Source of the DNA: Bacteroidia bacterium
GTDB taxonomy: Bacteria; Bacteroidota; Bacteroidia; Flavobacteriales_D; JAUILH01
DNA length: 64,000 nucleotides
Assembly: GCA_030433115.1 (NCBI GenBank)
Contig: JAUILH010000004.1
Location: 5,516-69,515 of the forward strand
Direction of reading: 5' to 3'
Shown: piece after piece, positions 30,110 through 38,348 of the stretch
Layout: every line of letters begins with the position of its first letter
Position numbering within the stretch: position 1 is the first letter of the stretch
The notes under the pieces: generated by a model
The model's input: only the letters and a program-made list of their open reading frames with translations
Database searches by the model: none
What the model was told of the DNA's origin: nothing
Position numbers and translations under genes: made by a program

Positions 30110-32584
30110 ATGAAGCATATTATTACAGGACTGCTACTACTGTTAGGAATCGGTTTGCACGCTCAAGTTGCGGATTTTACGGTTAATCCCGCACAGGGCT
30201 GCAGCATCCCGCACACCACTTTTTTTACGGATCAGTCTACCAACCCGGATACTTGGGCCTGGGATTTTGGTGATGGCAATACATCTACACTACAAAATCC
30301 CGTTCACAACTACACGAGCACAGGAACTTTTACCGTGGTTCTAACCATCACAGATACCATTTTGGGAACAACATCTTCTCATTCGGAAACGGTCACAGTG
30401 GGAGACTTTGTTGCACCAACAATTACATGTCCGGCTACCCAGAATGTCTTTTTCGATAGTCAATGCAGATTCACACTGCCAGATTACACATCTATGGCAA
30501 CAGTAACAGACGTTTGTGACCCAAGCCCAACGTTGACACAATCACCGGCCATAGGGACTTTTATTTTTGGAAATACCAGTGTTACAATCACGGCAACAGA
30601 TGCTTCAGGAAATTCCTCAAACTGCTCGTTTAATGTCAATCCAACGGACAATACTCCACCTAGCATTACTTGTCCGGGAACTCAGAATGATTTCTTTGAC
30701 GGTAACTGTCAGTTTAGTTTACCAGATTACTCAACGATGGCTACTACGAGTGATAATTGCGCAACAACGGTCTCCGTGAGTCAAAGTCCGGCAGTTGGCA
30801 CCCTTGTCTCAGCCAATACAACGATTACCTTAATCGCCGATGATGGCAATGGAAATGTGGCTGTTTGTACGTTCAATCTTACATTGAGTGATACCATTTC
30901 TCCAAGTGTGACGTGCCCTGGTAATCAGACAGTATCTTTTGATGCGAATTGCGAATACAGCATGGCGGATTTTACCTCAATGGCCAGTGCAACGGATAAT
31001 TGTGGAGGGGTCACTCTAACGCAGTCTCCCACTTCAGGAACAACCATCACGAGCACTACCACGGTAACCATAACGGCAGAAGATGCTTCCGGCAATACCA
31101 GTACCTGTAACTTTGACGTGACGCCAGAGGACAACACGGAACCGAGTATCACATGTCCAGGCAATCAAACAGGTTTCCTGAATAGCAGCTGTGAGAATGC
31201 CTTGCCAGATTTTGCCTCTTTGACATCTGCCACAGATAATTGTGACCCAAATCCAAGCATTTCTCAATCTCCAGCGGTGGGATCAACGTACCAGGGAACT
31301 ACACCATTTTCTGTTACCATGTATGCCCAGGATGTATCTGGAAATATTGATTCCTGTACCTTTACTTTTACCCCTCAGGATACCATTTCACCCAGTATCA
31401 CCTGTCCGGGAAATATCAGCTCTTGCAATCCTGTCGTCAGTTTTGCACTGCCATCGGCTTCAGATAATTGCGGAACAGCACTCGTGACTCAAACAACTGG
31501 TTTGCCATCGGGCTCCAATTTCCCAGTTGGAATTACTACCAATACTTTTCAGGCAACAGATCTTTCCGGGAATACCAAAACCTGCTCATTTGATGTGGAG
31601 ATATATGACATTCCGGACGTCACAGTCACGGGTACAGATCCATTGTGTGCCGGAGACGCTAATGGAAGTGCAGACGCCACAGTGATAGGAGGTACGCCGA
31701 ACTATTTTTATGATTGGAGTAATGGTGCTTCTACTGAGGATTTGAGCGGCGTTTCAGCTGGAACCTATACGATAGTAGTAACTGATGACAATGGTTGCAA
31801 AGATTCTACCACAGTTACTTTAACAGATCCTCCGGGGGTTGAAGTATCAGGTTCGGTGACAAATGTTTCGTGCTTTGGTCAAAGCGATGGCGCAATTGAT
31901 GCCGCAGCAACTGGAGGTACGGGAACCTTAACTTACATGTGGTCTACTGGTTCAAGTAATGAGGATGTAACTGGCCTGACCGGGGCAAGTTATACTTTGG
32001 TAGTGACTGATGGTAATAATTGTACTGTGTCAACGGATTTCACAGTGTCTGAACCAGATTCTATCTCCGTGTCTTATACCGCTTCAGAGTTTTCTCATGG
32101 GCACAATGTTTCCGTCAATGGCGCGAGTGATGGAGAAATTGATGTGAGTTTTTCCGGGGGTACTGGTCCCTATACCTACCTCTGGAGCAACGGTAGTACA
32201 GATTTAAATCAGGAAGATTTGCCTGCGGGAACGTATGTTTTGACCATTACGGATAATAATGGTTGCGAGAAAGTAGTGACCATTGTTCTGACGGAACCTG
32301 TTCCTGTTCAGCCTGCCAACGCCTTTAGTCCTAACGGAGATGGTATGAATGATTATTTCGTGATTAAGAATATTGAAGATTTTCCTGGCAACAAACTTAG
32401 CGTCATGAATAGATGGGGAGATGTAGTTTACAAAATGGAACCCTACTCCAATAATTGGGATGGTTCGGCAAACAGAGGTTTGAAGCTATACGGCAAGCAA
32501 CTGCCTGAGGGCTCATATTTTTATATACTGGTATTGGAAAAAGGAACCAAGCCTATCAGAGGCTCAATTGTATTGAAGAGATGA
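30110..32584 (+). CDS. T9SS type B adhesin-like protein (PKD, HYR repeats, SprB repeats, CTD)
   Basis: WAWDFGDG (PKD), five D..P.(I/V)TCP HYR units, three WS(N/T)G...VTD.N.C SprB units, NAFSPNGDGMNDYF...NRWG CTD. Confidence 0.92.
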   Translation: MKHIITGLLLLLGIGLHAQVADFTVNPAQGCSIPHTTFFTDQSTNPDTWAWDFGDGNTSTLQNPVHNYTSTGTFTVVLTITDTILGTTSSHSETVTVGDFVAPTITCPATQNVFFDSQCRFTLPDYTSMATVTDVCDPSPTLTQSPAIGTFIFGNTSVTITATDASGNSSNCSFNVNPTDNTPPSITCPGTQNDFFDGNCQFSLPDYSTMATTSDNCATTVSVSQSPAVGTLVSANTTITLIADDGNGNVAVCTFNLTLSDTISPSVTCPGNQTVSFDANCEYSMADFTSMASATDNCGGVTLTQSPTSGTTITSTTTVTITAEDASGNTSTCNFDVTPEDNTEPSITCPGNQTGFLNSSCENALPDFASLTSATDNCDPNPSISQSPAVGSTYQGTTPFSVTMYAQDVSGNIDSCTFTFTPQDTISPSITCPGNISSCNPVVSFALPSASDNCGTALVTQTTGLPSGSNFPVGITTNTFQATDLSGNTKTCSFDVEIYDIPDVTVTGTDPLCAGDANGSADATVIGGTPNYFYDWSNGASTEDLSGVSAGTYTIVVTDDNGCKDSTTVTLTDPPGVEVSGSVTNVSCFGQSDGAIDAAATGGTGTLTYMWSTGSSNEDVTGLTGASYTLVVTDGNNCTVSTDFTVSEPDSISVSYTASEFSHGHNVSVNGASDGEIDVSFSGGTGPYTYLWSNGSTDLNQEDLPAGTYVLTITDNNGCEKVVTIVLTEPVPVQPANAFSPNGDGMNDYFVIKNIEDFPGNKLSVMNRWGDVVYKMEPYSNNWDGSANRGLKLYGKQLPEGSYFYILVLEKGTKPIRGSIVLKR
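30404..31600 (+). repeat. Five tandem HYR-type protein repeats (about 80 aa each)
   Basis: Units begin DFVAPTITCP, DNTPPSITCP, DTISPSVTCP, DNTEPSITCP and DTISPSITCP. Confidence 0.8.
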
Positions 32585-33585
32585 GAGCATTGATTGTCGT
32601 CATATTAGTGTTGGGATTGGGATCTGTTAAGGCTCAAAATCGCGTGAGCTATAGCCAGTATATGCACAACCATGCATTGTTCAACCCAGCTTACACGGAT
32701 TTATCTCACGATCTTGGAGCCATTGCTTTTGTCCGGCACCAATGGTATCAATTTGAAGGGGCTCCGGTGACTTATCATGGCAATGTATGGTACAATCTAA
32801 ATCAGCACGGCTTTCAACTGCAATTACTTAAAACCAAAATCACCGCTTTCAAACATTTTGAAGCTGGCTTGGCATACAATTACAAGTTGTTCCTAGGGAA
32901 TAATACGACCCTGGCTTTTGGTTTAAAAGCCAGCTACAATAGTCAGAGTGCTAACTATGGTGGACTCACTTATTTTGATGGTGGAGATCCGGCTTTGTCT
33001 GGTTCCGTAAAGAAAATCGGAGTGAATTTTGGAGCTGGTGCCTTCATTACGAACGACTATTGGCATGCCGGTGTTGGAGGTCCGTACTTATTTAATAATA
33101 GGCTGGTGACCAATACCGGTGGACTTTTTGATATTGCATACAATCACTTTTTCCTGACAGGCGGTTACAAAATGATTGATGAAATAGATTTCATGGCCTA
33201 TCCAACTGCTTTGATCAAGATTGTTAAAGGGGCCCCATTGTCTGCTTCAGTTGATTTCAACATGCTGTTTCAGGAGCGTATTTGGGCCTCAGTAGGATAT
33301 CGTTTAAACCACACAATGGTCTTGTCAGCTGGTGTCATTATATGGGATGATTTTAAAATCGTTTATTCATATGACCTGGGATTGGGCGGCGTGAATCGCT
33401 ATGGAGGCATGACTCATGAAATTTCCTTGGGTTATGGCATGTCACTATACAATAATTCTTTCCAAAAGCGAAAATACCTGAACAACAAGGGTGGCTTCAA
33501 ACGTTCTCACAGAAGAAAAGGCAAGAAAGCAGGTAAAGTGGACAACACAGTTCCGGATAGTGAATTGAAGAAAAGTAAGATTTAA
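32581..33585 (+). CDS. PorP/SprF family T9SS outer membrane protein
   Basis: YSQYM.N....NPAY, RHQW...EGAP, WASVGYR, YSYD, THEISLGY; directly follows a type B cargo gene. Confidence 0.92.
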   Translation: MRALIVVILVLGLGSVKAQNRVSYSQYMHNHALFNPAYTDLSHDLGAIAFVRHQWYQFEGAPVTYHGNVWYNLNQHGFQLQLLKTKITAFKHFEAGLAYNYKLFLGNNTTLAFGLKASYNSQSANYGGLTYFDGGDPALSGSVKKIGVNFGAGAFITNDYWHAGVGGPYLFNNRLVTNTGGLFDIAYNHFFLTGGYKMIDEIDFMAYPTALIKIVKGAPLSASVDFNMLFQERIWASVGYRLNHTMVLSAGVIIWDDFKIVYSYDLGLGGVNRYGGMTHEISLGYGMSLYNNSFQKRKYLNNKGGFKRSHRRKGKKAGKVDNTVPDSELKKSKI

Positions 33586-33693
33586 CGCTGAAATTGTATC
33601 CAAATAATCGGTGAACCCCCTCGTTCTATCAATTAAATCTACGCTTATCAACTTTGGCTCTATTTTGGTAAGTCTTAAAGAAAATTAGAAACC

Positions 33694-34344
33694 ATGATGA
33701 AATTAATGACAATAGCAGTTTTGAGTTTAAGCCTGACCAGTTTGACCGCTCAAGAGCCTAAAGCAGGTGTCTTTGAAAAATCAATCCGCCACCATCATAT
33801 AAGCGATCACATAGGAGACCAAATGTTTACTGTTGGTAGTGGGAAGGTGAGGTTCTCAAATTTGAGATTCGGGAAAGAGATAACCAGTGTTCCTGACAGT
33901 ATTAAAACTGCAGTGCCTGTGGTTATCAATGAAAACTATGTAATGGCCAACGGAGATTCCGCCAAACAAAAAGTGGTCATGTTCTATGCAGATGTGGAAA
34001 ACAAAAGACTTTATATCAATCCCGAGTACTTCACAAACCTACAAAAGTGTTATGCAGATGATGTTGTTGTTGGACCAATTGGAGGGGTTACTCAGGCATT
34101 TTTGGACCATGGGTTCTCTGGAAGTGACGTCATTGCGCTTTTGATGATGGCAGAAGTAGTGGGTACTTACCATCATTTGTACGCCAATGTTAGGCTTGTA
34201 AAAGAACAGGAAAAAGAGGGGCATTACAGAGCTCATTATAAAGCAACTCACCATTATTGCACCAATGATTGTTATGATGACGACTATCAATTCGATTTTG
34301 AAATGACCAAGTTGGGCTCAGATTATAGCATGAGTATCTTCTGA
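33694..34344 (+). CDS. Exported hypothetical protein
   Basis: Signal peptide ending LTA-Q; no recognised domain. Confidence 0.75.
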   Translation: MMKLMTIAVLSLSLTSLTAQEPKAGVFEKSIRHHHISDHIGDQMFTVGSGKVRFSNLRFGKEITSVPDSIKTAVPVVINENYVMANGDSAKQKVVMFYADVENKRLYINPEYFTNLQKCYADDVVVGPIGGVTQAFLDHGFSGSDVIALLMMAEVVGTYHHLYANVRLVKEQEKEGHYRAHYKATHHYCTNDCYDDDYQFDFEMTKLGSDYSMSIF

Positions 34345-34345
34345 A

Positions 34346-36397
34346 TTATGGATTTGGGTACGAAATCTCGTACAAAGTTTCTCGATTTGGTCTGACATAA
34401 ATCCGCTGTTCCGAAATGATGTTTTTCCCATCATTTTCATATACTACCCGATCATTTTCGGTGCCATCTTCTTTATAGATGCGTTCCAATGTTTTAAAAC
34501 CTTTTTTGTCGTAGTCGTAGCTTGTCAGACTAAAGTACCCACTGCCATACCTCTTAATCTCTTTTGATAATTGCCCGTCATTATAGGTGTACTCAATGGT
34601 ATCTCCTCCTATGTTTGTCACAGATTGTTTTGTGCTATCCGAATTGTAAAGCGTTGTGGAAACCGTGTCGATCGTATACCTGCCAAATCGAATGTGATCC
34701 AAACGTTTGTTGCTGTAGGTATTTCGATTTCCTAAAGATTTAGAACTCTTTCCGTCAAAGTTGAAGAGTACAATGCCATCGCTTGTGGTTTCCTTCAATC
34801 CAACTAATTCACCTTTCTGATTAAAAGTTTCTACTCTGGTAAGGTTTTGATGATAATGTGTTTCTGGAGGATTGTGCCCATAATAAACCGGTTTAGCATA
34901 GTCCAGATTCAGGGTTATGCTCGTTGTGCTTCCGTATTTTTCTTTTTTGACAGTATCTAATCTACTGATCATTTGAAATGTAGTAGAGGGCATGCCAAAA
35001 GGATCGTTGTTATGCTGCATGATGCCATAATCACCATCGTATATTTTTGTAATTCTGGTAAGATGACCGCCTTGATAGTACTCGTTCAATTGCCTGCCCT
35101 GATTGTCATAAGTGTAGTAGGTGTAGCTGTTTACGTAGTTTTTATAGGGATCTGGTTTTGGTTGAGGTGCTTGTCCCTCTATGTACACAGTAGTTATACC
35201 ATAAAGATGATTTGAGTGATTAGGATGCTTATGCTTAATTCGATCTAATTGCCCCTGATCATTATAGTAAAAGTACTTGATCCAATCCAGAGCTTCTTGT
35301 CCTTCAACCGGCATGGGTTCCTGACGAATTAATTTGCCAGTTTTGGAATAATAGTTTTTGGTATAATAGGTGAGTGCTTCCCGGTTATAATGTTCCGTCT
35401 TTTGAAGCAATCCATTTTTATAGATAAATCTTTTTTTGCTTTGAGGAGCTGATCTGCTATCCTCGAATTTGCTAGATATTAAGTCTCCCAGTTGGTTGTA
35501 AGAATAGAAATAGGTAAACTCGTCAAAATCGGTTCTGATCTTTTGTTTCGATGAATTGTAGGTATGGGTTTTGTACCAAACCGTTTTACCCAGGGAATCC
35601 AGATGTCCTTCTTTAGCCAACAAGCCTCTTGAATTATATTGGAATAGTTGAGTTCTTGATGATTTCATGTCTTCCGGAGATATGACTTCTGTGACTTCCT
35701 TTGTTTTTAAGCCATCAGAATTGTACGTATACCTGGTAATGGCATGGTATGAACGATATTGAGACTGGTACTCCTTTGTGCTCAATAGCCCCATAGAATT
35801 GTACCGTTTAGTTTCTGTATATTTTATTGAACTATCCTGATTGAGTTCTTGAAACTTAATGGGTCGATTGTGGTTATCTCGGGTAGTCTTAGTCCACCTT
35901 CCAATATTTAATTTAGTCTTGCGAAAACTGATTAATTCAATTTCAAAGCCATCTTCATTGTATGTGTATTCCGTCCAACCAGACATTTTTCCATTGTAGA
36001 ATGATTCGGTTTTTATGTGCAGAGTATCTCGGTACACATATTTTTGAATGGAGGTATCAGGTTTTCGCATAGGGTGGTCTATTGATAAACTTTGCAAACT
36101 AACTTGTCCGGGCCAAAAGCCATTCGGGTAGCTTATTCGAGTAATTTCAACTGGTTTTGCCCCATTGTATGAGGTCAACGTCTCCTGTGACTTGTATCCG
36201 TGTGCGCCAAAACGAATTTCCTTAACAACCTGTCCTTCTTTATTGTAATGAGTCTCTAAGTTCAAATAGCCTTTTCCGTCATTGAATAAAGTAGGTCCGT
36301 CTCCACGACTATATTCTTTAACAATCTTGTATACCTTGTTTTGAGCATTCCCAGAAAAGCCAATTAACAATACCAGACATGTCAAAATCGATTTCAT
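34346..36397 (-). CDS. Exported YD/RHS-like repeat protein
   Basis: Signal peptide; many YxY(N/D)xxG units (YTYNEDG, YTYNSDG, YSYNQLG, YYYNDQG, YTYDNQG, YDYDKKG). Confidence 0.78.
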   Translation of the reverse strand: MKSILTCLVLLIGFSGNAQNKVYKIVKEYSRGDGPTLFNDGKGYLNLETHYNKEGQVVKEIRFGAHGYKSQETLTSYNGAKPVEITRISYPNGFWPGQVSLQSLSIDHPMRKPDTSIQKYVYRDTLHIKTESFYNGKMSGWTEYTYNEDGFEIELISFRKTKLNIGRWTKTTRDNHNRPIKFQELNQDSSIKYTETKRYNSMGLLSTKEYQSQYRSYHAITRYTYNSDGLKTKEVTEVISPEDMKSSRTQLFQYNSRGLLAKEGHLDSLGKTVWYKTHTYNSSKQKIRTDFDEFTYFYSYNQLGDLISSKFEDSRSAPQSKKRFIYKNGLLQKTEHYNREALTYYTKNYYSKTGKLIRQEPMPVEGQEALDWIKYFYYNDQGQLDRIKHKHPNHSNHLYGITTVYIEGQAPQPKPDPYKNYVNSYTYYTYDNQGRQLNEYYQGGHLTRITKIYDGDYGIMQHNNDPFGMPSTTFQMISRLDTVKKEKYGSTTSITLNLDYAKPVYYGHNPPETHYHQNLTRVETFNQKGELVGLKETTSDGIVLFNFDGKSSKSLGNRNTYSNKRLDHIRFGRYTIDTVSTTLYNSDSTKQSVTNIGGDTIEYTYNDGQLSKEIKRYGSGYFSLTSYDYDKKGFKTLERIYKEDGTENDRVVYENDGKNIISEQRIYVRPNRETLYEISYPNP

Positions 36398-36609
36398 ATC
36401 ATTAAATTACTTTATTTCGGTGCAATGAGATCAATCTTAACAGGATGGTAACAATTGTCATTGACCGCAGAAGTGATTACACTCAACGATAAATTAAGTT
36501 CATTAGAGGCATAATTAGGTTTGAAACGGATTTATTCCGAATTTTAGGAACAGAAATTGTAATGAAGGCATGAAATCATGCTTCTCAGATGAGCGTTAAA
36601 ATAAATACT

Positions 36610-37275
36610 ATGATACAAAAGTTTACTTTGGCTATTGCCGCTATAGGAATATCGATGAGCGTTTCAGCTCAAAAAAAGATTGAAGTAGCAGAGACCAACC
36701 ACTCGTTTTCTACTGGAAATCAAAATGCCTTAACGGTGGTAGTTTTCGGTGCGGATGCGGATGATGTTGAAAAAGCCTGGAAAAAGCAATTGAAAGACAT
36801 TAAAGGAAAGGTGAAAGCCAAAAATGAAATTTTTGCGGATGATTGCAGAATCAAAAAAATGAGTGACAACACGTTTGATGTATACTCTGTTATTGAACCA
36901 ACAGATGATGGGGTTAAAGTCATCGCAGGATTTGACCTTGGTGGTGCATACTTGAGTTCTTCAGAGCACAAAAGTGAATTTCCATTTGTAAAAGACATGA
37001 TGTACAAGTTTGGCGTGAGTGAAACCAAAGCTGCAATTGGCAAAGTCATCAAAGAGGAAGAAAAGAAACTGGAGGAATTAACAGATGAAAAGGAAGATTT
37101 TGAAAAAGAAGTAGACGGTTTCAATAAAGACATTGAAGACTACAAGAAGAAAATTGCTGAAGCAGAGAAGAATATTGAGGATAAGAAAGAGGAGATTGAA
37201 AAGAAAAAGGAAGAAATCAAAACTCAGGAAGGCGTTGTTAAAGAAGTTCAAGAAAAACAAAAGGCTGTTAAATAA
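36610..37275 (+). CDS. Exported protein with C-terminal E/K coiled coil
   Basis: Signal peptide ending VSA-Q; long E/K-rich heptad tail. Confidence 0.8.
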   Translation: MIQKFTLAIAAIGISMSVSAQKKIEVAETNHSFSTGNQNALTVVVFGADADDVEKAWKKQLKDIKGKVKAKNEIFADDCRIKKMSDNTFDVYSVIEPTDDGVKVIAGFDLGGAYLSSSEHKSEFPFVKDMMYKFGVSETKAAIGKVIKEEEKKLEELTDEKEDFEKEVDGFNKDIEDYKKKIAEAEKNIEDKKEEIEKKKEEIKTQEGVVKEVQEKQKAVK

Positions 37276-37315
37276 TGATTGAATAGCCCTCGTTTTATAA
37301 AGCTTATTACATTTG

Positions 37316-37348
37316 ATCCCGTTCCGACTAGTCGGAACGGGATTTTTT
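37316..37348 (+). terminator. Perfect 28-bp palindrome plus T-tract (intrinsic terminator or REP-like)
   Basis: atcccgttccgactagtcggaacgggat followed by ttttt. Confidence 0.8.
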
Positions 37349-37406
37349 ATGCTCTGGCCGTAGCTTCAGCATAAGCGTTGCGCCTGCGATAAACTATGGC
37401 GAAAAT

Positions 37407-38348
37407 ATGATGTCACAAAGTCGATTAAAATATTTTGCATTGCTGCACATCACTGTGTTTATCTTCGGATTTACAGGGATTTTAGGTAAGCAGATTTCTA
37501 CAGATCAACCTCAATTGGATGCGATCAACGTGGTGCTATATAGAATGTTTATTGCGGCCATTGGTCTGTGGATTTATATGAAATTCATGAAGATCAGGTT
37601 CAAAGCGCCCTCAAAAGAATTGCTAAAAATGGTGGGGGTAGGAGCAATCATTGCCGGACATTGGATCACATTTTTTGCGTCAATTGAAGAGTCGAATGTA
37701 TCGGTTGCTTTGGCATGTATCTCTTCGGCTACTTTGTTCACCTCTATCCTGGAACCCCTTATCCTAAAACGCAAATTCGATCCTTCGGAATTGCTTATTG
37801 GCATTGCAACCATTGTCGGGATCTACATCATTACAGTGGCGACCAGCGATGACGGACTAGATTATACTTTAGGAATTGTGCTCAGTGTAGTCAGTGCTTT
37901 TCTGGCGGCTACGTTTGGTGTATTCAATGCAAAATTGGGTGTTGACAATGATCCGGAAGAAATTTCCGTTGTTGAGATGATCAGTGGCGGTTTTTTCACG
38001 CTCTTATTTGCATTGATATCTAACCATCATTTGCTCGGACCCTCAGAAATTTCGGATGGTAATTGGTTTAGATTGATTTTATTGGGACTCATTGCTACCT
38101 CCTTTGCTTTTGTGGCTACCGTTGCCATTATGCGAGTTTTAACACCCTTTACTGTGGCTTTATCTATTAATCTGGAGCCGATTTATGCCATCATTTTGGC
38201 TTTAATCCTATTCCCAAACTCGGAAAAAATGTCTCCATTGTTTTATGTTGGAGCAAGCATCATCATCGGTTCAATTGCAGTGAATGCGGTTCTCAAAAAA
38301 CGGAGACGGCAGAAAGCAAAGAAAATGGCTGCTCATTCGGAAATATAA
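37407..38348 (+). CDS. DMT/EamA family transporter
   Basis: About 10 TM; FGFTGILGK, HWITFF.SI, INLEPIYAIILA. Confidence 0.9.
   Translation: MMSQSRLKYFALLHITVFIFGFTGILGKQISTDQPQLDAINVVLYRMFIAAIGLWIYMKFMKIRFKAPSKELLKMVGVGAIIAGHWITFFASIEESNVSVALACISSATLFTSILEPLILKRKFDPSELLIGIATIVGIYIITVATSDDGLDYTLGIVLSVVSAFLAATFGVFNAKLGVDNDPEEISVVEMISGGFFTLLFALISNHHLLGPSEISDGNWFRLILLGLIATSFAFVATVAIMRVLTPFTVALSINLEPIYAIILALILFPNSEKMSPLFYVGASIIIGSIAVNAVLKKRRRQKAKKMAAHSEI

Noticed and set aside
30404-32300. Repetitive region considered as CRISPR or DGR
   Set aside because: The repeats are diverged protein-level HYR and SprB units; no identical DNA repeats with spacers, no cas gene and no reverse transcriptase.
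36720-37260. Antisense ORFs over the coiled-coil gene, and similar 60-150 aa shadow ORFs throughout
   Set aside because: Low-complexity mirror translations of well-supported genes.
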